Of a DNA stretch of 64,000 bases, positions 1-10,091 are shown one piece after another. The translations under genes and the position numbers were made by a program. Position 1 is the first letter of the stretch; each line of letters opens with the position of its first letter. Origin of the DNA: Terriglobia bacterium (GTDB lineage Bacteria > Acidobacteriota > Terriglobia > 2-12-FULL-54-10); the NCBI GenBank assembly GCA_963666975.2, contig CAXVYR010000003.1:96001-160000 (forward strand), in the 5' to 3' direction. Below the pieces are notes generated by a model. The model saw only the letters and a program-made list of their open reading frames with translations. It made no database searches and was not told where the DNA came from.

Positions 1-2
1 GA

Positions 3-824
3 TTTGTTTTCCAGCAGTTTCATCTGATCCCCTATCTGACGGCGCTGGAGAATGTCCTGATGGCGCAGTATTTCCACAGCATGACGGACAAGCAGGAAGC
101 CTTGCAGGTGCTCGGCCGCGTGGGCCTGTCGCACCGCGCGCATCATCTTCCTTCCGAGCTTTCCGGCGGGGAGCAGCAACGGGTGGCCATTGCGCGTGCC
201 CTGGTCAACCAGCCGGTCCTTCTGCTGGCCGATGAGCCGACGGGGAACCTCGATGCGGAAAATGAGGAGATCGTCATGGGGTTGTTTCGGGAGCTGCACG
301 CCGAGGGGCACAGCATTGTCATGGTCACGCATGACCCCGTGATCGGTTGCATGGCCGACCGCCGCATCGAGCTGGAGCATGGCCGCATCTCGACGACCAC
401 CACGTTTTCCTTTGAGGAAGAAACCGGTTTCGATGAGGTGCTCGAACAGATCTGGGTGATGAAGGAAGAAAAGATCGAGCCGCGCCCCGAACTGCTCCAA
501 TTCAACGGAGGCGGCAATTGGAAGGTTCTGCCCGTCATGAAGGAGATCGGGTTATTGCGGTCCGACGGGCTTGCTTTGGAGATGACGGACCAGGGGCGGG
601 AGCGCGCCGCCAGCATCATCCGGCGTCACCGGCTCGCCGAGCGGCTTTTCACCGATGCCTTCGACATGCGGGACGACCAGCAGTTGGAATCAAACGCCTG
701 CACCTTCGAGCATATCCTGAGCCCGGAGGTCACCGAGCGCATATGCACCTTTCTGCATCATCCCGCCCACTGTCCTCACGGAAGTCCCATTCCGCCGGGG
801 GAGTGCTGCCCCGGCAGTGGTTGA
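3..824 (+). CDS. ABC transporter ATP-binding protein (LolD/MacB-type) fused to a C-terminal DtxR/MntR-like metal-binding/dimerisation domain; 5' end outside window
   Basis: Frame open from base 3 ([18 protein letters not shown]), signature [15 protein letters not shown], Walker [14 protein letters not shown]-loop VTHD; then [27 protein letters not shown] typical of the DtxR family. Confidence 0.85.
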   Translation, partial: FVFQQFHLIPYLTALENVLMAQYFHSMTDKQEALQVLGRVGLSHRAHHLPSELSGGEQQRVAIARALVNQPVLLLADEPTGNLDAENEEIVMGLFRELHAEGHSIVMVTHDPVIGCMADRRIELEHGRISTTTTFSFEEETGFDEVLEQIWVMKEEKIEPRPELLQFNGGGNWKVLPVMKEIGLLRSDGLALEMTDQGRERAASIIRRHRLAERLFTDAFDMRDDQQLESNACTFEHILSPEVTERICTFLHHPAHCPHGSPIPPGECCPGSG

Positions 825-845
825 GCCGCGACCGTGAGGGAGCGG
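823..845. repeat. REP-like 23-mer GAGCCGCGACCGTGAGGGAGCGG
   Basis: Identical copies at 44817-44839 and, inverted, 62551-62573; interrupted degenerate copy at 6027-6097. Confidence 0.8.
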
Positions 846-990
846 GTAAGAAACCAATGGAAAGACCCATTCCTCTCGCCTATCTGATCACCTTATCGGC
901 ACTGTGCGGATAAGGAAGCACGAAGGCTCTGTCAACTTGGCGGCGCGGCCATCAGCTGATGCAACGGCTCAGCGCGCGGAACAGAACCGT

Positions 991-1019
991 TTGCAAACCG
1001 GAGGCGGGAGTGGGACAAT
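991..1019 (+). promoter_or_regulatory. Putative sigma70 promoter of nuoB
   Basis: TTGCAA-17 bp-GACAAT with TG extended -10. Confidence 0.4.
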
Positions 1020-1080
1020 AATTATCTAAGGTTCGACGACCGGGGTTCGGCTTCTAAGATTCGGCGGCTGGGGTTCGCTT

Positions 1081-1605
1081 ATGGCGGCACAAAACACTGT
1101 GGTTTCCGGGACTGACTCGAAGGGGCAAGGCTGGGAAGGCATTATTACCGCCTCCCTGGACCACGCCATCAACTGGGCGCGCAAGTCTTCTCTGTGGCCG
1201 ATGTCGTTCGGCTTGGCCTGTTGCGCCATCGAGATGATGTCGATGGGCGCTTCCCGCTTCGACATCGCCCGCTTCGGAGCCGAAGTCTTTCGGCCCTCGC
1301 CGCGCCAAGCCGACCTGATGATTATCGCCGGTCGCGTGTCGCAGAAGATGGCGCCGGTCATTCGGCTACTGTACGAGCAGATGCCCGAGCCCAAATGGGT
1401 GATCTCGATGGGCGCCTGTGCCACCTCCGGCGGGGTCTTCAATAATTATGCCATCGTTCAGGGGGTCAACCAAGTCATCCCGGTGGATGTCTACGTTCCC
1501 GGGTGCCCTCCGCGCCCCGAGCAGCTGATCCACGCCATTCTCCTGTTACAAAAAAAGATCGAAAAGGATCGCGGCAGCTTCAAGCGGACGGCTAACCTGA
1601 GTTAG
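1081..1605 (+). CDS. nuoB: NADH-quinone oxidoreductase subunit B
   Basis: [44 protein letters not shown] motifs. Confidence 0.95.
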   Translation: MAAQNTVVSGTDSKGQGWEGIITASLDHAINWARKSSLWPMSFGLACCAIEMMSMGASRFDIARFGAEVFRPSPRQADLMIIAGRVSQKMAPVIRLLYEQMPEPKWVISMGACATSGGVFNNYAIVQGVNQVIPVDVYVPGCPPRPEQLIHAILLLQKKIEKDRGSFKRTANLS

Positions 1606-1644
1606 CTCTTGCCACGAAGCCAGTGAAGATTAGGCCAGCAAAGA

Positions 1645-2736
1645 CTAGGGAAGCATAGAAAAGGGCAAGCTGGCCACCTCTGCCGGAACCGTTCCCGCCA
1701 TCACTTGCTTTCCGGCTTCGGCGTGTTCCCGCCGCAGGTATCCCAAAGCGATGTTGCGGCGCAGGCCGTGGGAGTAAACGGAGCTGGTGATGGCTCCCAC
1801 CGGTTTATCGCCAGCTAAAAGCACCGTTCCCGGCGGCACTTTCTGCTCCCCTTCCAGCAGCAGCCCCGTCAGCATGCGGTTCACATGGCCGCGAGAGCGG
1901 ATGCGCTCCACCACCTCTTGCCCGATATAACATCCTTTCGTAAAGCTGATCGCCTGCATTTGTCCGGTTTCCTGGGGAAGGTTTTTTTCGGTGATGTCCG
2001 CTCCGTGGCGCGGGATGCCTGCCTCAATGCGGCGCGTCTCCAGAGCTTCCCAGCCGGCCGGCTTCATGCCCAGGGCGGGTCCTGTTTCCAGGGATTTTTC
2101 CCACACTGCGATAGCTTGATCGGGTGTGCCCAGAATCCAGAAACCTTCCTCTCCCGAAAGCGATGCGCGGATCAGGCGCGCCTGGAGAGCATCCAGGTAG
2201 AGGTGTTCCAGCGCATGCATGCGAGGGGGGTCAAAACCGATCGCCTCGCGGAGAACCTCCCGCGCGCAGGGCCCTTCCAGTGCCACGCAAGCGGTCTGAG
2301 CGCTCTGATCCTCCAGCTTCACAACGTCGGCGATGATGTAACGGCGAAGTGTTTTCAGAATTACTTCGGTCAGTTGCGAGTCGCAGTCCAGCAGAAAACT
2401 TGTATCGCCGGTTCGGAAGATTTGCAGGTCGGCCAGAATATGGCCCTGGACGTCCAGCAGAAACGCGCAATTGCCCCGGCCGATTTCGAGCCCTTTGACA
2501 TCGTTGCTGATCATGCCGTGCAGGAAGCGGGGCGCGTCCTTTCCGCTGGCCAGGATCAGGCCACGAGGAGAGAGGTCCAGCAACCCTGCTCCTTCCTTCA
2601 GCGCCCGGTACTCGGCCTCCACTAAATCAGAGGGTGAATCGGCGGGCCCAAATGAAGCGGGGATTTCCCATCCCTGGTGGGACATCAACCGCGCGTTCGC
2701 GGCTTGTAAATTGGCAAACAGAGGGCTTCGCTGCAT
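1645..2736 (-). CDS. YgfZ/GcvT-family folate-binding aminomethyltransferase-like protein
   Basis: ISFTKGCYIGQE motif and GcvT-like N-terminus; start trimmed to ATG at 2736. Confidence 0.85.
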   Translation of the reverse strand: MQRSPLFANLQAANARLMSHQGWEIPASFGPADSPSDLVEAEYRALKEGAGLLDLSPRGLILASGKDAPRFLHGMISNDVKGLEIGRGNCAFLLDVQGHILADLQIFRTGDTSFLLDCDSQLTEVILKTLRRYIIADVVKLEDQSAQTACVALEGPCAREVLREAIGFDPPRMHALEHLYLDALQARLIRASLSGEEGFWILGTPDQAIAVWEKSLETGPALGMKPAGWEALETRRIEAGIPRHGADITEKNLPQETGQMQAISFTKGCYIGQEVVERIRSRGHVNRMLTGLLLEGEQKVPPGTVLLAGDKPVGAITSSVYSHGLRRNIALGYLRREHAEAGKQVMAGTVPAEVASLPFSMLP

Positions 2737-3011
2737 GGTTTCCCTTTCTGTGTGGTTCTCTGTACGACAGTTTTCTGCTAACAATTCTATTGGACGGACA
2801 CAGGAATGTAAACCGCCGTAATGTAAACTGCCTGCTTCGCAGGCTGATTTAGCGCGAACGCGCAACCTGGGATCATTGCTGCGGCTCATCGCTGCGCTCA
2901 TTGGGAGTGTGATTTAATGCTTGCAGTCATAGAGGTTGGCATGCAAACTTCTTGGTGAAAAATCGGGGTCGCGCCTTTCTCGCGATCGTTTCTTTAATAG
3001 CGGGGGTCAGC

Positions 3012-4676
3012 ATGAAATTTCTTCCGGTTGTCCAAATCCTTCTGGGCCTGTTTGCCCTCAGCGTTCCGGTTCTTCCGGCTCAAGACAAGCCCGACCTGCT
3101 GGCGGTTCACCGCATCCGTCAGGAGGCCTTCCAGAACTCCCAGGTCATGAACCACATGTTCTATCTGACCGACGTTCATGGTCCGCGCCTGACTAACTCT
3201 CCGGGGTTTCGGGCCGCTGCCGGCTGGGTGGTGGAGCAGGCGAATCAGTGGGGGTTGGAGGAGGCCAAGCTGGAAGAGTGGGGTCCTTACGGGCGCGGCT
3301 GGTCCACCAGCCATTTTTCGGCGCATCTGGTCGAGCCCCAATACGCGCCGCTGGTTGGCGTGCCGCTGACATGGACGCCGGGCACCGATGGAGTGATTTC
3401 CGGGACTCCGATGCTGGCGCCCCTGCAAAGCGAAAGCGATCTGGAACGCTACGAGGCAGAGTTGGAGAAATACTTTGCAAAATACAAGGGCAAGCTCCGG
3501 GATCAGATTATATTGATTCGCAAGCCGCCGCGCCTGGAGACTCAGCAGGAGGCAGCCGAGCGGAGGCTCACGTCGCAGGACCTGGCCGACCGGGCCGAGG
3601 CTCCCGAACCGCTCGAGCCGATTGACATTGATCTGGCGAACCCCACGGTTCCAACCGATCCGGACGAACGGCGGCGCTTTTATGCCTATGCACCCCAGTT
3701 TGTCCTGCAAAAGCTCCGCCGCCAGCGGGAAGAGCTTTTGAATCGCCTGAACCGTTTTCTGGTTGATGAGGGGGTCCGTCTGGTGATTCACCCGGCCCGG
3801 CGCGGCGACGGCGGCACAATCTTCCCTCCCTGGGTGGGCTCCTACAAGGCCGGCGTGCCGGACCCGCCGCCCTCGATTGCACTGACGCCGGAGCACTACA
3901 ACCGCCTGGCCCGCCTCATTGAAAAGGAAGTTCCGTTCCGCGTAGAGGTCGAGTCGCAGGCTCAATTCCATGAAGAGACGCTCGATTCAATCAACGTCGT
4001 GGCGGAGATTCCCGGCGGGAGCAAGAGGGACGAGTTGGTGATTATCGGCGCGCACCTGGACTCCTGGGCTCCGGGCACCGGCGCCACCGATAACGCCGCC
4101 GGCTCCGCCGTGATGATGGAGGTCATGCGAATTCTCAAGGCGCTCGACTTGCAGATGGACCGCACGGTCCGCATGGTGCTGTGGGGCGGGGAAGAGCAAG
4201 GTCTGCTCGGCTCCAAGGCTTATGTGAAGCAGCACTTCGCCGATCCGGAAACGATGGAGCGGAAGCCGGAGCACGGCAAGGTCTCCGCCTATTACAACGT
4301 CGATAACGGGACCGGCAAGATTCGCGGCGTCTATCTCCAGGGGAACGATATGGTGCGGCCCATCTTCCAGACATGGCTGGCGCAGTTCAAAGACCTCGGA
4401 GCGACGACCTTGACGATCCGGAATACACGGGGAACCGACCACCTTTCGTTTGACGCGGTCGGTATCCCCGGCTTCCAGTTCATTCAGGACCCGGTCGAGT
4501 ACTCGTCGCGGACCCACCACTCGAATATGGATGTGTATGACCGCATCCAGCCCGGCGACCTGATGCAGGCCTCGGCCATCGTCGCTTCCTTCGTCTATCA
4601 CACCGCCAACCGGGAGCAGTTGCTCCCCCGCAAACCACTGCCGAAACCGTGGCCGAAGGAGCCGAAAGCGAAGTAG
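3012..4676 (+). CDS. Secreted M28-family metallopeptidase (carboxypeptidase Q-like)
   Basis: Signal peptide; GAHLDSW, GATDNAAG, WGGEEQGLLGS, TDHLSF, THHSNMD motifs. Confidence 0.9.
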   Translation: MKFLPVVQILLGLFALSVPVLPAQDKPDLLAVHRIRQEAFQNSQVMNHMFYLTDVHGPRLTNSPGFRAAAGWVVEQANQWGLEEAKLEEWGPYGRGWSTSHFSAHLVEPQYAPLVGVPLTWTPGTDGVISGTPMLAPLQSESDLERYEAELEKYFAKYKGKLRDQIILIRKPPRLETQQEAAERRLTSQDLADRAEAPEPLEPIDIDLANPTVPTDPDERRRFYAYAPQFVLQKLRRQREELLNRLNRFLVDEGVRLVIHPARRGDGGTIFPPWVGSYKAGVPDPPPSIALTPEHYNRLARLIEKEVPFRVEVESQAQFHEETLDSINVVAEIPGGSKRDELVIIGAHLDSWAPGTGATDNAAGSAVMMEVMRILKALDLQMDRTVRMVLWGGEEQGLLGSKAYVKQHFADPETMERKPEHGKVSAYYNVDNGTGKIRGVYLQGNDMVRPIFQTWLAQFKDLGATTLTIRNTRGTDHLSFDAVGIPGFQFIQDPVEYSSRTHHSNMDVYDRIQPGDLMQASAIVASFVYHTANREQLLPRKPLPKPWPKEPKAK

Positions 4677-4745
4677 AGCCGCGGGAGGATTTTTCCGGGT
4701 GGGGACTTTAGATCGTTTTCACAATTGGTGTAAACCACAACGTCT

Positions 4746-4824
4746 TGTCATTCCGAGCCCTTCGCTGTCATCCTGAGGAGTCCTTCGGTTGCGCTCAGGA
4801 TAAACTCCGCGACGAAGGATCTGC
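4746..4824. repeat. REP-like palindrome (TGTCATCCTGAG...GAAGGATCT type) downstream of the GIY-YIG gene
   Basis: Inverted counterpart at 5151-5204; contains a 24-bp insert at 4782-4805. Confidence 0.7.
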
Positions 4825-4854
4825 TTTTTTCTTCTTTGCTCTTCCCGCCAACTG

Positions 4855-5133
4855 AAACCAGTCGGCGGCCAAATCGTCCCACGTCGGATTACGTTCCTTT
4901 ATGAGAGCTACCTTTTTTGCCCTGAGCTATCACTTGATCTGCTTCTCGCGTGCAATAGCCGCCCGCACATCCTGATAAGGCTCATAGTAAACCAAGCGAT
5001 CAATCCGATACCGACTGGTGAAGCTAGGAACCAAACCCTGCCGATGCTCGGAAATTCTGCGGGCGAGGTTGTTGGTCACGCCGGTGTACAGAGTTCGGGA
5101 GCGGCTGGACAGGATGTAAACGTAATACGGCAT
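4855..5133 (-). pseudogene. GIY-YIG nuclease (UPF0213-like) pseudogene
   Basis: YYVYIL..LYTGVTNNLARRISEH..AIAREKQIK, then TGA TAG (4932-4927) where the family usually has G-W, then in-frame LRAKKVALIKERNPTWDDL. Confidence 0.85.
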
Positions 5134-5150
5134 CCATTGTGCTGCTACAA

Positions 5151-5204
5151 GCAGATTCTTCGCTCTCTTCGACTGCGCTCAGGGCAGGTCGCTCAGAATG
5201 ACAG
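5151..5204. repeat. REP-like palindrome AGATTCTTCGCT..CGCTCAGAATGACA upstream of the GIY-YIG gene
   Basis: Inverted relative to 4746-4824; contains a 24-bp insert at 5166-5189. Confidence 0.7.
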
Positions 5205-5286
5205 CAGGGGGTTGTACGCTAAATCAATTTGTAAAATCCGCCGAAATGCCCACGGCGAATAAACCGTTCGCCGTGGCAACCACTTG

Positions 5287-5961
5287 TTAGAACTGGTCAT
5301 TTGGGAACGCCTCTTTGTACAAATCCTCCGCCTGCGCAAACAGCAGCATTTCTACAGCGTACAGGGGGCACCCTAGATTAACGGCAGCTATGGAAATAAC
5401 TTCTATGTAGCGACGATAAAATTCTTGAGTATTGAGGAGTGCCCAATGATGTTGAGCCGCATGTTGGCGTAGTCGAGCGCTCGCACGCTTTATCAGCTTG
5501 TTTTGCCCTTCGAGGAGTGGAAATGGCTGCGGTTGTACAACGTTCTTGATGACCTGTAATGCATTGAGGGCCACTGCAACTCGTGCGTCGTATATTGCAT
5601 AGTGGTTTGGGTCTCGGATGCATAAAGCCTTTGACCAAGACGCAATCCCTTTCTTTCCTAGGGCAATTAGTTGATCTGGAGCTTGAAGTGCGTAGCTCCT
5701 GATCTTTTCAGGTTTGTTTTTCTTTATTCCGCCCCACTTGGCAATGTAATAGTTAACCAGTTCCAATTTTTGTTCATCATTCGCATTTTTCCATCGCTGA
5801 TTCAACTGCTGTTTAAGGGAGACCTCTTGACGATATGGGCTCTCGTTTTGTAGGGTGATGCCTTCCGGAAGAAGAGCGACATTGATCGGCCACTTATACC
5901 AATGGTTCTCCGGGGTTAAAAGCTTTTGTGCCCAATCTGTAATCGCTTCAATCAATGACAT
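5287..5961 (-). CDS. Hypothetical protein, lower GC; possible HhH DNA-glycosylase-like fold
   Basis: 224-aa ORF, AT-richer than its flanks; KWGGI, GIASWSKAL, AIYDARV motifs. Confidence 0.6.
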   Translation of the reverse strand: MSLIEAITDWAQKLLTPENHWYKWPINVALLPEGITLQNESPYRQEVSLKQQLNQRWKNANDEQKLELVNYYIAKWGGIKKNKPEKIRSYALQAPDQLIALGKKGIASWSKALCIRDPNHYAIYDARVAVALNALQVIKNVVQPQPFPLLEGQNKLIKRASARLRQHAAQHHWALLNTQEFYRRYIEVISIAAVNLGCPLYAVEMLLFAQAEDLYKEAFPNDQF

Positions 5962-5984
5962 AAGTAAGTTCTAACCCTGTTTTA

Positions 5985-6430
5985 GCCGACCCGCCTCAAC
6001 CGCCATGGCGGGCGGCGGTTAGGAAACCGCTCCATTACTCTTCGGCTCCGCTTCCCTCGGCTGCGCTCGGGACAGGCAGGGCAGGCTGTCGCGGCTCTGA
6101 TTACAGGCGCGCCCACGATGGCGGCGTGGAGCGGTTCCATTATAAAGCCGGAAGCTGTTGCAAAATCCCATGTAACTCCGTCAGGGCATGGCTTCAGCCA
6201 TGCCGAAAAGAGGTGGATTGAATGAATTCGACCGCACTGCCGTAGGCGGGAGCGCAGCTTGCAGCGAAGCAACAGGAAGAATTCTTAACGCTTCGGCTTC
6301 CCTGAGTCCATCAGGTTTTTGGTGCGATGTTAGTGTCTCGCTTCGGCAGTGCCTCCGCTTGGGCCTCCGGCAGTAAGGTGGAAATCATTTCCTGCAACGT
6401 GATCGGCACGACTGAAGTCGTGCCCTGACG
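5985..6430. repeat. Cluster of REP/REPIN-like hairpins
   Basis: Inverted pair TCAGGGCATGGCTTCAGCCATGCCG (6181-6205) and CGGCACGACTGAAGTCGTGCCCTGA (6404-6428); interrupted REP at 6027-6097. Confidence 0.6.
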
Positions 6431-6563
6431 GGATTATCGTCACTATATTATGTGATTCTCAATAGGAGCATGTCCTCTCGCCCTCAGCTTGAGGGCGTTC
6501 CGGCCATGTTATACTCACGCAAACAACGCGGGGGACAAGCCCGCGAGACTGTAATAGGACTTT

Positions 6564-7202
6564 ATGATTCACGAAATTTTGCCCGTAGGATTATTGCAGT
6601 GCAACTGCTCTATCCTGGGCGATGAAAACAGCGGGGAAGCTATCGTCGTCGATCCGGGCGATGAGATCGATAAAATCCTCGCGATCCTTCAGCGGCACAA
6701 GCTGCGTCTACAGTACGTCGTGGTCACTCATGCGCATATCGACCACATCGGCGGCGCCAAGAAGCTGAAGGAAGCAACCGGCGCTCCGGTGTACATGAAC
6801 GAGCAGGACCTGGAGCTTTACCGCCACCTCGATCAGCAGGCCATGATGATTGGGGTCCCGACGCCGGAGACCACCCCGATTGACGTGATGCTCCGGGACG
6901 GGGATGTCATCCGCTGCGGGGAGATCCAGGCCACGGCGATGCACACGCCGGGGCATACGCAGGGCAGCGTCAGCCTGCTCGTCCCGGACGGCGAGCAGAC
7001 CAAGCTTCTGGCGGGCGACACACTGTTCCGCGACAGCATCGGCCGGACCGACCTGCCGGGCGGTAATTTCGGCCAGATCATGCAGTCGCTGAGAGAAAAG
7101 TTGCTGGCTTTGGACGACGCTACAGTTGTGGTTCCCGGCCACGGCCCCCTGACCACCATCGGCCGCGAGCGAGAGCGGAATCCCTTTCTACAGTCTCTGT
7201 AA
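6564..7202 (+). CDS. MBL-fold metallo-hydrolase (glyoxalase II/YcbL-like)
   Basis: THAHIDHIGG, HTPGHT, AGDTLF..SIGRTDLPGG, PGHGP..TTIG.ER. Confidence 0.92.
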   Translation: MIHEILPVGLLQCNCSILGDENSGEAIVVDPGDEIDKILAILQRHKLRLQYVVVTHAHIDHIGGAKKLKEATGAPVYMNEQDLELYRHLDQQAMMIGVPTPETTPIDVMLRDGDVIRCGEIQATAMHTPGHTQGSVSLLVPDGEQTKLLAGDTLFRDSIGRTDLPGGNFGQIMQSLREKLLALDDATVVVPGHGPLTTIGRERERNPFLQSL

Positions 7203-7353
7203 ACAAAACTACGGCGCGCATTCTCCGGCAGGGCCGAATGGCGGCGGTTGACGCCTCCACTCCCGTGCGCTATTTTTGTTCTTGGCTCGTGGGTGCGGAT
7301 GTGGACAGGGAAAATTTAGAGCAGATGACAGGCGCTTCGTGCTGTAGAGAACC

Positions 7354-8112
7354 ATGAGCACAAATGCCCAACCCGCTGCGTCGTCCGGCGACAACAGGCA
7401 GTCCAGCCCGTCGCCGGTCTTCCGAGTCAGCGGACTGACCAAGGTATACCACACGGGCGAGCTGGACGTGCATGCCCTGCGGGGTATCGACCTTGAACTC
7501 CGCGAATCGGAATTCATTATCCTCCTGGGGCCGTCGGGAAGCGGCAAGTCAACGCTCCTGAACATCCTCGGCGGACTGGATGTGCCCTCTGCCGGCAGCG
7601 TCTTTTATCGGGGACGCGAGCTCACGGCGGCTGACGATCAGCAGCTCACCTGGTACCGCCGTCATCACGTCGGTTTTGTCTTCCAGTTCTACAACCTGAT
7701 TCCCAGCCTCACCGCCCGCGAGAACATTGCGTTGGTGACCGAGATCGCCCTCAATCCGCTGTCCCCTGAAGAAGCGCTCGAACTGGTCGGCCTGGGGGAC
7801 CGGATGGACCATTTCCCTTCTCAACTTTCCGGCGGTGAGCAGCAGCGAGTCGCCATCGCACGGGCCATCGCCAAGCGCCCTGACGTGCTTCTTTGTGACG
7901 AGCCCACAGGCGCCCTCGACATCACAACAGGGATCGTAGTCCTGGAGGCCATCGAGCGCGTGAACCGGGACTTGGGGACCACCACCGCCGTCATTACCCA
8001 CAACGCATCCATCGCGGAGATGGCCGACCGGGTCATCTTGCTCGCCGACGGAAGGATCGCCTCGGAGCGGCGCAACGCCGAGAAGCGGTCCTCTCAAGAC
8101 CTTCATTGGTAG
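7354..8112 (+). CDS. ABC transporter ATP-binding protein (MacB/LolD-type exporter)
   Basis: [28 protein letters not shown]. Confidence 0.93.
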   Translation: MSTNAQPAASSGDNRQSSPSPVFRVSGLTKVYHTGELDVHALRGIDLELRESEFIILLGPSGSGKSTLLNILGGLDVPSAGSVFYRGRELTAADDQQLTWYRRHHVGFVFQFYNLIPSLTARENIALVTEIALNPLSPEEALELVGLGDRMDHFPSQLSGGEQQRVAIARAIAKRPDVLLCDEPTGALDITTGIVVLEAIERVNRDLGTTTAVITHNASIAEMADRVILLADGRIASERRNAEKRSSQDLHW

Positions 8113-8124
8113 GATTGGCAGGAA

Positions 8125-8532
8125 GTGATGCTCGCCCTCAACCGCAAGCTCCTTCGGAATCTCTGGCAGACCAAAGGCCAGGCAATCGCGATTATCCTGG
8201 TCATCGCAGCCGGGGTCTCGATGTTCATCATGTACTTCAGCACCTTCGAGTCGCTGCGGCTTACCCGGTCGGCCTATTACGAGCGCTACCGTTTTGCGGA
8301 CGTTTTCGCCTCGCTCAAGCGGGCGCCTGTGTGGCTCCGGGAACGTATCGCGCGGATTCCCGGCGTGGCGCAGGCTGAAACCCGCGTCGTGGTGGATGTG
8401 ACGCTGGATGTGGAAGGGCTGTCGGAGCCGGCGAAAGGCCGGCTGATCTCGATCCCGGACCGCCAGGTTGCCACGCTCAATGACGTCTTCCTCCGGCGCG
8501 GCCGCTATATCGAGCCGGGCCGAGCCGACGAG
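8125..8532 (+). pseudogene. ABC (MacB/FtsX-like) permease, N-terminal fragment only
   Basis: LNRKLLRNLWQTKGQAIAI..TM..LRRGRYIEPGRADE, then abrupt switch to an IS-end sequence. Confidence 0.8.
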
Positions 8533-8541
8533 TCAGCCTTT

Positions 8542-8560
8542 TTCAAACTGACCCACTACC
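8542..8560. mobile_element. Solitary IS1-family terminal inverted repeat
   Basis: TTCAAACTGACCCACTACC; its reverse complement matches 17/19 of the left end of the element at 32552. Confidence 0.7.
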
Positions 8561-8593
8561 GAATTTACGTGCGGAAGTATCGTACAATCACCG

Positions 8594-10066
8594 ATGGTGC
8601 CGATCAGCATGCAGATCCGCAAAGTGGAAGGCCTCGAAAATCTCCTTCAGTCCTTGTCGCTGGATGAGGAACCCGGCAAAACTCGTCACGTGGTCTACCC
8701 TTGGCACGAGGATTCGAAGGTTCTGGGTCGTCAGGATATAGGCTTTTGGTACTCACCTGAACGTTGCCAGTACAGCACCTTGCGTCGGCTGATATTGCAG
8801 GAATTCAGGAGAATCGACCATCCGAGTAGCGACCGGCTCGCCGACGGCTTGGTGCTGGCGTTTGCTCTGATGCCTAAGACGCGAGATGTCCTAACGGAGT
8901 TCGAGAGAATTCTAAACTCTTTCGCCGCGGCCGACGTTTCGTAGTTCCTTTTCATACCCGCATCAGCACTCATGAAATGGGAGAGAGATGGTCAACCACC
9001 GGAACACGATCTCATCGGGTTCTTCGGGCACGGCCCTTTTCGGTATGCGCCGCTTGCTGGTGATCTGATGGAAAAGATCAAATATCGGTTTGAGCGCATC
9101 GGTGTAGGCGCTCTTCTGCCGCACATCGAGAAGTTCTTCGGGAATATCGCAGTCTATAGGGATCCCCAAAGCACGAAGGTTATCGATTTCACTGGGCTCG
9201 GATTCAAGGGTCACCAATCGCCGGAGGTTGTCAATCTGATGCAGTACTACTTTGATGACCTGTCGGGCGTGCTATTCGAGGACTTCTGGCAGAAGCATCT
9301 GGAAACCCAATACCTTAGCGTTGCTGCTGGTGCAGCCCTGCTCGACCGAGCATCACTGGAAGCCTTGCCCGGAACGGCTTGGCTTTCAGTATTTTGGGGC
9401 TTCGATCTGCTCTCCGGGAAAGGAACGATCAGTCTCCTAGAGGAGCGGAGTCGTTATAGGGACACGCTGGCTTGGCAGGTGCACTCCTTCGGCGCGGAGT
9501 TGGCCGAATTGAAGAGTCGGATGGAGCTGGAACTGACAGAGGAACTAGGGCCAGGTCCGCATCGAGTTTATCAGTCAATTCAGGACTTCGCCAGACTGGT
9601 GGCTCGCTCTCGTGAGCTTCAAAACCGCGGCTACATAGAAGAGAGCTTCACGCTGCTGATGGTTGCCATGGAATCGCTCTTGGCAGAGCGAGACTCGATT
9701 TCAATCACTTTGAGCCGACGAGCTGGCGCGCTTTTGGCGGTCTCAGAAGACAAGCACTTCGAGGACTCAGTCAAATCGGTTCTCAAGCTCTACGACGCTC
9801 GGAGCAGGTTCGTGCATCAGGGTGAAGCTATCACGCCAGATTCGCTCAAAGCACTGCAGGAGGTATGCCGGACCGTTTTCTTCGCAGCCTACCGTAGCCA
9901 GGCGCGCTTCGCGGAACGTGATGAGAGCGGCTGGAAGGGTAAGTGGGTCGCCGTACTTGATTACATCTCGGCATGTTTCGACGCGGGCGTCATAGTTGAC
10001 TCCGGCGCAGCCACCATTTCGGGGGCGCTAAAGAATCAGGCCGGTCACTCGTCACAGAACTCATAA
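8594..10066 (+). pseudogene. HEPN (ApeA-like) domain protein with one in-frame TAG at 8942-8944
   Basis: ORFs 8594-8944 and 8972-10066 share a frame; C-terminal LMVAMESLL..LSRRAGAL..KLYDARSRFVHQG (Rx4H motif). Confidence 0.7.
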
Positions 10067-10091
10067 TCCATGTAGCCGCGCCGCTTCTGGG

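Noticed and set aside
4927-4932. Selenocysteine/pyrrolysine recoding in the GIY-YIG gene
   Set aside because: Stops align to Gly-Trp rather than Cys/Lys, two different stops are adjacent, and no SECIS is evident; nonsense mutations are simpler
4716-5236. Outer inverted repeats around the GIY-YIG unit
   Set aside because: Only about 17 of 26 positions match in AT-rich sequence and no target duplication was seen
8533-8667. C-terminal extension of the permease ORF (SAFFKLTHYR..)
   Set aside because: Read-through into the IS end and foreign DNA, not permease sequence
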